From NCBI GenBank assembly GCA_944359015.1, contig CALVSK010000002.1:1-56831 (forward strand): a DNA stretch of 56,831 bases, read 5' to 3'. This DNA is from an uncultured Bacilli bacterium (GTDB lineage: Bacteria; Bacillota_I; Bacilli_A; RF39; UBA660). Of this stretch, positions 24,196 to 32,803 are shown piece after piece. The notes beneath the pieces are model-generated. The model had not been told where the DNA came from, did no database searches, and saw only the letters and a program-made list of their open reading frames with translations. Within the stretch, counting starts at the first letter, position 1, and every line of letters starts with the position of its first letter. The position numbers were made by a program, and so were the translations under genes.

Positions 24196-25335
24196 ATGAA
24201 AATCTGGAATAAAACAGTTGCACTCTATTTAAGACTATCTAAAGAAGACAAAAATGAAAGTATTGATAAACAATTAAAATTATTATTGGATTATTTAAAC
24301 AACAATGGTATAAGAAATTATAAAACTTATATTGATGATGGATATACTGGTACTAATTTTAATAGACCTTCTTTTAAAAAAATGATTTTGGATATAGAAG
24401 CAAAATTAATTGATACTATTATTGTTAAAGATTTATCGAGACTTGGTAGAGATTACATAAAACTTGGTGAATTTGTAGAACATTATTTCCCTACTCACAA
24501 TATAAGATTTATTTCAATTAATGATAATATAGATACTCAAAATGATAGTGCTTATAATGATATTCTACCTTTTAAATCTATTTTAAATGATTTATATGCC
24601 AAAGATTTATCTAAAAAAATTAGAAGTTCAATTAAAATTATGCAAAATAACGGCTTATGGACAGGTGGATGTATACCTCTTGGATATAAACAAAGTAAGA
24701 AAAAGAAAAATAAATTAATAGTTAATCCTAAAGAAAAAGAAATCGTAGAAGCTATTTTTTCTTTAGCCTTAAAATTAAATACAATTAATGATATAAAAAA
24801 TGAGTTAAATAAAAATAATCAACCAACACTATCAAAGATAAGAAAAAATAAAAATACTTTATGGAGTACCACTACTATAAAAAACATTCTTAATAATGAA
24901 GTTTATATAGGAAATTTAGTTCAAAATAAACATCAACGATTAAGTTATAAATATAGAGTTACTATTAATAATCCTAAGGCTCAATGGATAAAATGTAACA
25001 ATACCCATGATGCTATAATTGATAAAGATACTTTTTTCAAAGTACAAAAAAAATTTAATAATAAAAAAATAAATAAAACTTTTTTAAATAATATTTATTG
25101 CTTTGAGTGTAAACATAAATTAAGTATTAGAAAAGGCAGAAATAATAAAAAATATTTTTGTTGTAATTTTTACAAAAACAATTTAAAAAATAAATGTTGC
25201 ACCGCTCATGCATTTAGTTATTCAATTTTTATAAAAGAATTTTTTGAATCTATAAAAGAAAATAATATTAAATTAGATAAAATTTGTAAAATTGAGATTT
25301 CCAAAGATAAAAATGTTTATATTTTTTTATCTTGA
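24196..25335 (+). CDS. Large serine recombinase (resolvase catalytic domain, recombinase domain and zinc ribbon)
   Basis: 379 aa. VALYLRLSKED contains the catalytic Ser. Also present are YIDDGYTGTNFNRP, VKDLSRLGRD, the WTGGCIPLGYK recombinase-domain motif and the Cys cluster CFECKHKL...YFCCNFY. Confidence 0.88.
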   Translation: MKIWNKTVALYLRLSKEDKNESIDKQLKLLLDYLNNNGIRNYKTYIDDGYTGTNFNRPSFKKMILDIEAKLIDTIIVKDLSRLGRDYIKLGEFVEHYFPTHNIRFISINDNIDTQNDSAYNDILPFKSILNDLYAKDLSKKIRSSIKIMQNNGLWTGGCIPLGYKQSKKKKNKLIVNPKEKEIVEAIFSLALKLNTINDIKNELNKNNQPTLSKIRKNKNTLWSTTTIKNILNNEVYIGNLVQNKHQRLSYKYRVTINNPKAQWIKCNNTHDAIIDKDTFFKVQKKFNNKKINKTFLNNIYCFECKHKLSIRKGRNNKKYFCCNFYKNNLKNKCCTAHAFSYSIFIKEFFESIKENNIKLDKICKIEISKDKNVYIFLS

Positions 25336-25353
25336 TTTACATTACTTTTAAAT

Positions 25354-25367
25354 ATACCAGAAGGTAT
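25354..25367 (+). repeat. attR core
   Basis: ATACCAGAAGGTAT with central GA at 25360-25361, in the same orientation as attL. Confidence 0.75.
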
Positions 25368-25770
25368 GGCAATTGGAGTTGCATTTGGTTCTGTTGCATA
25401 TGGAATTGAAGGAGCGACTGTTATGGCAGCAGTAATGTTAGCAATTGGAATTGGTATTCAAAATTTTCCAGAAGGCTCAGCTGTTTCTTTGCCTTTAAGA
25501 CGTGAAGGACTGAGTCGTAAAAAAGCTTTTATGTTTGGAAATTTAAGTGGAATAGTAGAACCTATATCTGCAGTAATTGGTGCTATTCTAGTTTTAAAAA
25601 TTCAGATATTATTGCCTATTTTGCTAGCATTTGCTGGTGGGGCTATGATATATGTTGTTGTACAAGAATTAATACCAGAAAGTCAAACTAACGAAAAAAA
25701 AGACCTAATGGCCTTATTTACAATATTTGGATTTATAATTATGATGGTTTTTGATGTAGCACTAGGCTAA
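25362..25770 (+). pseudogene. 3' fragment of the interrupted ZIP-family transporter gene
   Basis: It continues (E)GMAIGVAFG...GIQNFPEGSAVSLPL...GGAMIYVVVQELIPE, typical ZupT/GufA C-terminal TM motifs. The ATG at 25366 has no properly spaced ribosome-binding site. Confidence 0.85.
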
Positions 25771-25781
25771 ACACATTGTGT

Positions 25782-27521
25782 TTAGTTTTTATTTTCATTT
25801 TTATACAAATTTTTATATACTTCACAGTTTTTTAATAAATATTTGTGTTTACCATGAGCAACTACTTTACCATTATCAATAACATATATTATGTCGGAAT
25901 CTATTATTGTTGATAATCGATGGGCAACAATTATTACTGTATGATTTTTAATTAAATTATCAATGGCATTTTTTATTTTTTCTTGGTTTTCATTATCTAA
26001 GGCACTTGTTGCTTCATCAAATAAGATAATCTTTGTGTTTTTTAAAAGAGCTCTTGCTATTGCCAATCTTTGTTTTTGGCCACCACTTAAATTAACTCCC
26101 CCTTCTCCTATTAATGTGTTATATTTGTTGGGAAGACTCATTATATAATCATCGATTTCTGCTGTTTTACAGGCTTCTCTTATTGTTTTTAATGAGACAT
26201 ATTTATCGATTATTTTAAAATTATCTATTATACTTTTATTAAAAATAAATGGTTCTTGACGAATTATAGCTATATTTTGATTAAAAGATTCTTCATCAAA
26301 TTCATTAATTGGTATATCATCTATTAATATTTTCCCTTCATTTGGTTCAAAATATCTTAATAATAAATTAAATATCGAAGTTTTTCCCTGTCCACTTTTT
26401 CCTACTAATGCAATTTTTTTGTTTTTTTCTAATTTTAAATTAAAATTTTTGAAAATATATGCTTCCTTTTCACTATATTTAAAAGTTACATCTCTAAACT
26501 CAATATTACCTTCAATGTCTGTTTTATGCACGTTTCCAAAATAAATGTCATCATATATTTTATTATCCACTATTTCTGCTATTCTTTCTAGTGATACTTT
26601 GGCTCTTTGATAAGAACCAGAAAAATTCATGCCCCACTCGATTAATCCCATAAATCTATATATGTAGTAAGTTATTGAAATAAAAAAGCCAATTGTTGTT
26701 TTTTCTAATGCTATTAAGATAATACATGTAATAAAAGCTGTTACTTCTAACATAGCACTTAATATGTATGATGTTGCATAATAATTTTCTTCATCTTTTA
26801 CTTGCTTTTTACTTTTATTAAATATATTATTTATAATTTCTTTCATCTTTATATTAATAGTCTTTCTTATTCCTAAAGCTCTTATTTCTCTAATTCCTCT
26901 AATGGATTCATTAGCTTCGGCAACTGCTTTATCTTTTTCGGCGGTTATTTCTTTTTGAACTTCTTTTAATATAGGTAAATATTTTTTAGAATATAAATAA
27001 AATATTATAAAATATAGGATTATTTCTAAAGCAATTAGCCAAGAATTAAACAAAATATAAATAAAAATAACAAATGCAGAAAAAAACGTTGTTCCGATAT
27101 TTATAAATTGTCTAAATGTTTCTGTTACATTACTTGAGTCACTAGTCATTCTATTTAATAACTCTCCACTACTTTTTTCTTCAAAGGCTCTTGCAGGTAA
27201 TAATCCAACCTTATAAAATACTTGATAATTTATCTTTTCCATTATATTTATACAGACATTTTTCATTGAAATTTTACCAGTTTTATTTAAATACATATTA
27301 TCTATTATTATAAATATAAAATATAGTATTAATGTTAATACGGCTAGTATATATTTTTCATTTGTTGTATAATCTACTGCTAAGCCAATTAAATATCCAA
27401 AACTAACTCCTATCATAGAGCTAAGTAATATGCATATCATTGCTTTAAATAATAATCTTTTTTCTCCAATAATATATCTTTTAAAAAATTTTATAGTTTC
27501 TTTAAATCCCATATCAATCAC
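25782..27521 (-). CDS. ABC exporter, fused permease/ATPase (MsbA/MdlB-like)
   Basis: 579 aa with an N-terminal 6-TM domain, Walker A GKSGQGKTS, the signature LSGGQKQRLAIARA and Walker B ILFDEATSALD. Confidence 0.9.
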   Translation of the reverse strand: MIDMGFKETIKFFKRYIIGEKRLLFKAMICILLSSMIGVSFGYLIGLAVDYTTNEKYILAVLTLILYFIFIIIDNMYLNKTGKISMKNVCINIMEKINYQVFYKVGLLPARAFEEKSSGELLNRMTSDSSNVTETFRQFINIGTTFFSAFVIFIYILFNSWLIALEIILYFIIFYLYSKKYLPILKEVQKEITAEKDKAVAEANESIRGIREIRALGIRKTINIKMKEIINNIFNKSKKQVKDEENYYATSYILSAMLEVTAFITCIILIALEKTTIGFFISITYYIYRFMGLIEWGMNFSGSYQRAKVSLERIAEIVDNKIYDDIYFGNVHKTDIEGNIEFRDVTFKYSEKEAYIFKNFNLKLEKNKKIALVGKSGQGKTSIFNLLLRYFEPNEGKILIDDIPINEFDEESFNQNIAIIRQEPFIFNKSIIDNFKIIDKYVSLKTIREACKTAEIDDYIMSLPNKYNTLIGEGGVNLSGGQKQRLAIARALLKNTKIILFDEATSALDNENQEKIKNAIDNLIKNHTVIIVAHRLSTIIDSDIIYVIDNGKVVAHGKHKYLLKNCEVYKNLYKNENKN

Positions 27522-30066
27522 CTTTTTTTATTCTTTCTTTTAATTCATATAGATAATTTAATGCACTAATCGGAGTCAAATTCATGATATCTAAATTTTC
27601 AATTTCATTTTTTAAATTTTCTTCTTTTTCTTTAGGTTGTTCAAAATTCATGCTTAATTGTATTGTTTCTATACCTTTTTTATTTTTAGCATTACTTTCA
27701 TGTTCTTCTAATATTTGAGAAGCTCTTTCTAATAATTCTTCTGGCATTTTTGCTAGTCTTGCAACATGTATTCCATAACTTTTGTCAATTGCCCCATTTT
27801 TAATTTTGTGCAAGAAGGTTATAGAGTCACCATTTTCAACTGCACTTACATGAATATTTTTTATATTTTTAAATTTCTTTTCAAGTTTTGTTAATTCATG
27901 GTAATGGGTGGAAAATAATGTATATGCATGAATGTTTTTGCTTAGATACTCAAGTATTGCTTGGGCCAAACTCATACCATCATAGGTTGCTGTTCCTCTA
28001 CCTAATTCATCAAATAATATTAAGCTTTTTTTTGTAGCTTTTACTATTGCGTTTCTTGCTTCCTTCATTTCTACCATGAAAGTTGATTCTCCACTTACTA
28101 AATCATCACTAGCTCCTATTCTAGTAAAAATTTTATCAACAATTGTTAAATTAGCACTTTTTGCAGGAACAAAAGAACCTATTTGAGCCATAATTACGAT
28201 TATTGCTAATTGTCTCATATAGGTTGACTTACCACTCATATTTGGCCCTGTAATTAATAATGTGTTTATTCCTTCTGCCATTGTACAATCATTTGGCACA
28301 TATTCTTCTTTGCTTACAATTTCAACAACTGGATGTCTTCCTTCTTTGATATCGATTATTCCATCATCGTTTAAATTTGGTCTTACAAAGTTGTATTCAT
28401 CACTACATACTGATAGTGCAACTAGTACGTCTATATCACTTATTATATTAGATGTTATAAATAAATTTGGTACTTCTTTTTTTATTTGATTTCTAATTTC
28501 ACAAAATAATTCATATTCTAAATCAATTATCTTTTCCTCAGCATTCAAAATTAAAGACTCTTTTTCTTTTAAATCTGGTGATATATATCTTTCACAATTA
28601 ACTAATGTTTGCTTACGATACCAATTAAATTCCTCTTTAATTAAATTTCTTTGACCATTTGGTACTTCAATATAATAGCCAAATACTTTGTTAAATCCTA
28701 CTTTTAGGTTTTTTATGCCTGTTTGCTCTTTTAACTCTGATTCAAACCTAGCAACAAAGTCTTTTCCACCACTTCTTATATTTCTAAGTTCATCTAACTC
28801 TTTATTATATCCACTTTTTATAATATAACCTTCTCTTACACTAATCGGAGGTTCTTCAGCAATCGATTTTTCTAACAAATCATAAATATCATCATGAGTA
28901 TTTATTTCATAATCAAAGCCTAACTTTTTAACTATTTCTTTTATTTTGGGTAAAACACTTAAACTTCCTTTTAATTGCAATAAATCTCTAGCATTTAAAT
29001 TGCCATTTATTGTTTTACCCGCTAATCTTTCAATATCATAAATTTCATATAATAATTGTTTTAATTCATCTTTTAAAATAAATTCGTTATTTAATATTTC
29101 GATTTTATCATATCTATTATTTAATTTACTTTTATCTTTTATAGGATTTAAAATCCAACTTTTTAATTTCCTACTTCCCATTGCAGTTTTACATTTATCT
29201 AATAACCATAATAATGAATATGTTCTTTCTTTAAGCCTTATTGTTTCAATTAATTCCAAGTTTCTAACTGTGTGGACATCCATCTCTACATATTCTTGCT
29301 TTTCAATTATATTTATTTTATTAATATAACTTAAATCTTTTAATTGTCTAACATCTAAATAATAAAATAAATGTTCTACCCCACTTTTTATTCTTTGATT
29401 ATCAATTGTATTTAATAATTCTTGATATTTATTAACTAACATTTCAGAACTTATTACTATACCAATTCCATAAGTATTCTTCATTAAATTTATAAATTCT
29501 GTATTTAAATTATCTACTAATATTATTTCTTTAATATTATAATTTAAAATTTCATTTACTAATTTTTCTAAATTATTTTCTATTGTTAAATTAGCTAAAT
29601 AACCAGTTGAAATATCTAAAATTGTTAGCATTATTACATCTTTGAAAAATAATACACTTGCAATATATGATGAATCACGTTCATTTAATAATTCATTATC
29701 AGCGATTGTTCCTTTACTTATTACATCAACAATGCCCCTTTTTACCATTCTGTTGCCTGTATCTTTAGGATTTTCTAGTTGTTCACAAATTGCAACTCTA
29801 TATCCTTTATTTACTAATTTTTCAATATATGCCTTAACATTATTATGAGGTACACCACACATTGGTACTCGTTCTTCTAATCCTGCAACTCTTCCTGTTA
29901 ATGTTAATTCTAATTCTTTTGATGCAATTAAAGCATCATCAAAAAACATTTCATAAAAGTCTCCTAAACGATAAAAGACAAGTTCTTCTGAATACTTATC
30001 TTTTATTTCCATGTATTGTTGCATCATGGGACTTAATTTATTTCTATCTACTTCACTACGTTTCAT
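27514..30066 (-). CDS. mutS: DNA mismatch repair protein MutS
   Basis: 850 aa with N-terminal TPMMQQY..IK, mismatch-binding GDFYE and Walker A GPNMSGKST. Confidence 0.93.
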   Translation of the reverse strand: MKRSEVDRNKLSPMMQQYMEIKDKYSEELVFYRLGDFYEMFFDDALIASKELELTLTGRVAGLEERVPMCGVPHNNVKAYIEKLVNKGYRVAICEQLENPKDTGNRMVKRGIVDVISKGTIADNELLNERDSSYIASVLFFKDVIMLTILDISTGYLANLTIENNLEKLVNEILNYNIKEIILVDNLNTEFINLMKNTYGIGIVISSEMLVNKYQELLNTIDNQRIKSGVEHLFYYLDVRQLKDLSYINKINIIEKQEYVEMDVHTVRNLELIETIRLKERTYSLLWLLDKCKTAMGSRKLKSWILNPIKDKSKLNNRYDKIEILNNEFILKDELKQLLYEIYDIERLAGKTINGNLNARDLLQLKGSLSVLPKIKEIVKKLGFDYEINTHDDIYDLLEKSIAEEPPISVREGYIIKSGYNKELDELRNIRSGGKDFVARFESELKEQTGIKNLKVGFNKVFGYYIEVPNGQRNLIKEEFNWYRKQTLVNCERYISPDLKEKESLILNAEEKIIDLEYELFCEIRNQIKKEVPNLFITSNIISDIDVLVALSVCSDEYNFVRPNLNDDGIIDIKEGRHPVVEIVSKEEYVPNDCTMAEGINTLLITGPNMSGKSTYMRQLAIIVIMAQIGSFVPAKSANLTIVDKIFTRIGASDDLVSGESTFMVEMKEARNAIVKATKKSLILFDELGRGTATYDGMSLAQAILEYLSKNIHAYTLFSTHYHELTKLEKKFKNIKNIHVSAVENGDSITFLHKIKNGAIDKSYGIHVARLAKMPEELLERASQILEEHESNAKNKKGIETIQLSMNFEQPKEKEENLKNEIENLDIMNLTPISALNYLYELKERIKKGD

Positions 30067-30103
30067 ACTACAAAACTCCTATGTAGTATTATACCATGTT
30101 ATA

Positions 30104-31807
30104 TTATTTATAGCCAAATAAAAATTTCTTATTGGGTATTATAAATTCATATTTTTTTATTGCTAATCCTGTATTAGGAACCCTAATGCTAATCTTATAA
30201 TTAGTAACATTTATCGTTACAATTTCATTATTTTCTTTTATTTCAAATTCAATATAATCTTTTAGGCATTGGTAACCTATTGGTGCTTCTACTTCTTTAA
30301 GATAATACTTACCTATTTTTAAGTTTTCTATTTTTATTTCTCCGTTTTGAGCAGTTGTTCCACTTGCTACTTCTTCATAGTTAGTATTATATAAAACAAA
30401 CTTTGCTTTTTCTAATGGCTCATTGTTTATATCTACTTTTTTAATAATTATGGTTCCTTTTTTATAATTATTTATTATTTCCAGTTCTTTATTTATAATT
30501 TTATTGTTTTTATTATCAATTTCTAAATAAATTTCATACTCTTTTATATTTTTTACGTATTCATTTTTTGTTTCTAGTTCTCTTATTACATATTTTCCAA
30601 CTTTTAAATTTTCAAATATTAAATATCCTGAAATATTGGTATATTTTTCATCTATTAAATTATTATGTTTATCATATAAGCCAAATTTAACATTTTCTAC
30701 AAAATTGCCTTCTTCATCTTTTTTTATTATTTCAATATTTCCTTTTAAAGGTTCGTTTTCAAAATATATTATAACTGGTTCTTCACTTTCTAAATCAAAG
30801 TATTTTTTTATTTCATTTATTGTGTAACCATCAATTATTTGATTTGTTTTTTCCTTAATATAATATTTACCTATTTTTAAATTATTTAATATAATTTCGC
30901 CATTTTTATCTGTTTTTTCTACGGTAATTAATTCATTGTCCAAATTATATATCTCAAAAATAATTCCTTCTTGTTTAATTGGATTATTTGTCTCACTATC
31001 TATTTTTATTATTTTTAAACAAGTTTCTTTAACTTCGTATTCTAAATTATAAATTATAGTTTCAAAATTCCCAACAGCCATAATATTTTGACTTGTTGGA
31101 TTAATATATACTATTGTTTTACTGCTATATTTATTGCTTGCTTTTTCTAAAGAAATATTATATTTTCCAAGTTTATCACCATTTATGTTTAATGCATTAT
31201 TTTCAATTTTTACATTATTATTTTCAATTTTAAAATTTTCTAATACATTATTATAATCTTTAAAAGTTTTTTGTTCTCCATACATTAATTCTATTTTATC
31301 AAAGACCGGATTTTTAAAATGATTATCTACTAGATTATATATTTCTTCTATTTCTTTTTCATATTTTTGATAATCTATTTCCCCACCAAGTTCATTTATA
31401 AAATAAAATTTTGAATCTTTATCAGCTTCTCTCCATATTAAAATTTGAGTTATATAGTACCAATAATCTTCTACATGATGCTTGTACATATACCCATAAT
31501 AAGAAATTAATTCTATTTTTTGCCACTCTTCCTCTGTAATTTTTAATATTTTTTCATATTCACCCATATATTCTTCATAGTCCATATTTGTATTTAATTT
31601 TACAAATGGTTCTAAACAATATACAAAAAAATTATCACTTGTTCTTCTTATAAAGTTTCCTTGTTTTTCTTTTCTTTCTCCTTTATCATTTATTTTTACT
31701 ACATACATACCTTCAATTTTACTTCCTTCATAAAAACTTTCTGCTTTTGCTTTATTTACAAAACAAATCATTAATAAAAATATAATAATAAATTTTTTTA
31801 TGTTCAT
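30104..31807 (-). CDS. Secreted thioester-domain adhesin with three Cna-B/SpaA-like repeats
   Basis: 567 aa with signal peptide ...VNKAKA/ES. The thioester pair consists of a Cys in VYCLEP and a Gln in ITQILIW (a TQxxIW motif). Three ...KID/KKD..G.P....F.LY......T...G...ENLK.GKY..KE... repeats follow. The C-terminal VPNTG lacks a following hydrophobic anchor. Confidence 0.7.
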   Translation of the reverse strand: MNIKKFIIIFLLMICFVNKAKAESFYEGSKIEGMYVVKINDKGERKEKQGNFIRRTSDNFFVYCLEPFVKLNTNMDYEEYMGEYEKILKITEEEWQKIELISYYGYMYKHHVEDYWYYITQILIWREADKDSKFYFINELGGEIDYQKYEKEIEEIYNLVDNHFKNPVFDKIELMYGEQKTFKDYNNVLENFKIENNNVKIENNALNINGDKLGKYNISLEKASNKYSSKTIVYINPTSQNIMAVGNFETIIYNLEYEVKETCLKIIKIDSETNNPIKQEGIIFEIYNLDNELITVEKTDKNGEIILNNLKIGKYYIKEKTNQIIDGYTINEIKKYFDLESEEPVIIYFENEPLKGNIEIIKKDEEGNFVENVKFGLYDKHNNLIDEKYTNISGYLIFENLKVGKYVIRELETKNEYVKNIKEYEIYLEIDNKNNKIINKELEIINNYKKGTIIIKKVDINNEPLEKAKFVLYNTNYEEVASGTTAQNGEIKIENLKIGKYYLKEVEAPIGYQCLKDYIEFEIKENNEIVTINVTNYKISIRVPNTGLAIKKYEFIIPNKKFLFGYK

Positions 31808-31909
31808 AAATATCTCCTTTTTTGCCTTCTACATATATATTTATGATTTATTTTTTCATTTTCCTTTTTTAACTAATAAAAAAAGGAAAACATATTCAAG
31901 TTTCCCAAT

Positions 31910-32755
31910 TTAATAATTGTCATTATAACCATTTTTAACAGTTTCAAATGCTTTTTTCCAATATCGTTCTCTTTGTTTTATATATTCATCTGATATGCTT
32001 ATATCAAAAAACTCTATTAAAACAAACTTTATATTTTTTTTAAAATAATCTCCACATTCTTTTTCTTTTAAACTTATAAGTTCTTTATTCCCACCATCTT
32101 GGGTAATAATATAATCTTTCCAACGTCCTGCTATTCCATCTTTACCTGTTGCAGAACCAATATAAAGTTTTCCGGTAAATGTATCTGTCAAACAATATAT
32201 TCCCTTTATATGCTCTAAAATTTTGTAATAATCACATGAAGGATTATTTAAAATTGTTTCGACATCTTTATAAGATAATGTTACTTCATTAAATCCTTTA
32301 AACTTTACAATTTCCTTATTTTTATCATCTATAGCGATTACTTCTGCTTTCTCAATATAAGTGCTTAGATTATAAACAAAACCAAATCTTTTGCCAGTTG
32401 CTAAATTTATTCTTAGCCTTCCAATCATTCCATCATATTTTTTTATTGGTTCATATTTACATATTGCATTACCACTTGGACTTTCTAAAATTTTGCCAAC
32501 CGAAACTAATATCCAATGTTTATTATTTTCAGGAAATTGCACAAACGCAAAAACTGTTTGTCCTACCTTATAATTTTTTTGTTTATCAGAATTATAATAA
32601 GCATAGGAAATATCTTTTTGATTACTTTCGAACCAAATATCATAAATATTTTTATTCAAATCATAACTATAGGAACATAAAGCTATTTTAGAATTATCTA
32701 TTTCTTCTTCTGTTAAATTTAATAATTCCCTTAAAGTTATTTTTTTATCGTCCAT
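31910..32755 (-). CDS. GIY-YIG nuclease-domain protein with an unknown ~170-aa N-terminal domain
   Basis: 281 aa. The C-terminus reads KGIYCLTDTFTGKLYIGSA...GIAGRWKDY...GGNKEL...RERYWKKAF, which covers the GIY...YIG...R...E pattern. Confidence 0.75.
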   Translation of the reverse strand: MDDKKITLRELLNLTEEEIDNSKIALCSYSYDLNKNIYDIWFESNQKDISYAYYNSDKQKNYKVGQTVFAFVQFPENNKHWILVSVGKILESPSGNAICKYEPIKKYDGMIGRLRINLATGKRFGFVYNLSTYIEKAEVIAIDDKNKEIVKFKGFNEVTLSYKDVETILNNPSCDYYKILEHIKGIYCLTDTFTGKLYIGSATGKDGIAGRWKDYIITQDGGNKELISLKEKECGDYFKKNIKFVLIEFFDISISDEYIKQRERYWKKAFETVKNGYNDNY

Positions 32756-32773
32756 TTTTACCTCTAGTTTTTT

Positions 32774-32799
32774 AAAAAAAGCCTGCTTAAGGCTTTTTT
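32774..32799. terminator. Bidirectional terminator after ppdK
   Basis: AAAAAAAGCC-TGCTTAA-GGCTTTTTT. Confidence 0.65.
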
Positions 32800-32803
32800 A
32801 AAT

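Larger units (their letters stand above)
21834..25361 (+). mobile_element. 3.5-kb serine-recombinase integrative element inserted in the ZIP transporter gene
   Basis: It is bounded by ATACCAGA(T/A)GGTAT cores in direct orientation. It carries its own promoter, two cargo ORFs, a terminator and a large serine recombinase gene abutting the right end. Deleting 21834-25361 restores the in-frame sequence HNIPEGMAIGVAFG. Confidence 0.8.

Noticed and set aside
21834-25361. A prophage or ICE interpretation of the recombinase-bearing insertion
   Set aside because: It is only about 3.5 kb and has no capsid, terminase, replication, relaxase or T4SS genes.
25366-25770. ORF 25366-25770 as an independent 134-aa gene, and 21436-21849 as a complete 137-aa gene
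   Set aside because: Together they form the two halves of one ZIP-family transporter split at the HNIPEG motif. The downstream half lacks a properly spaced ribosome-binding site.
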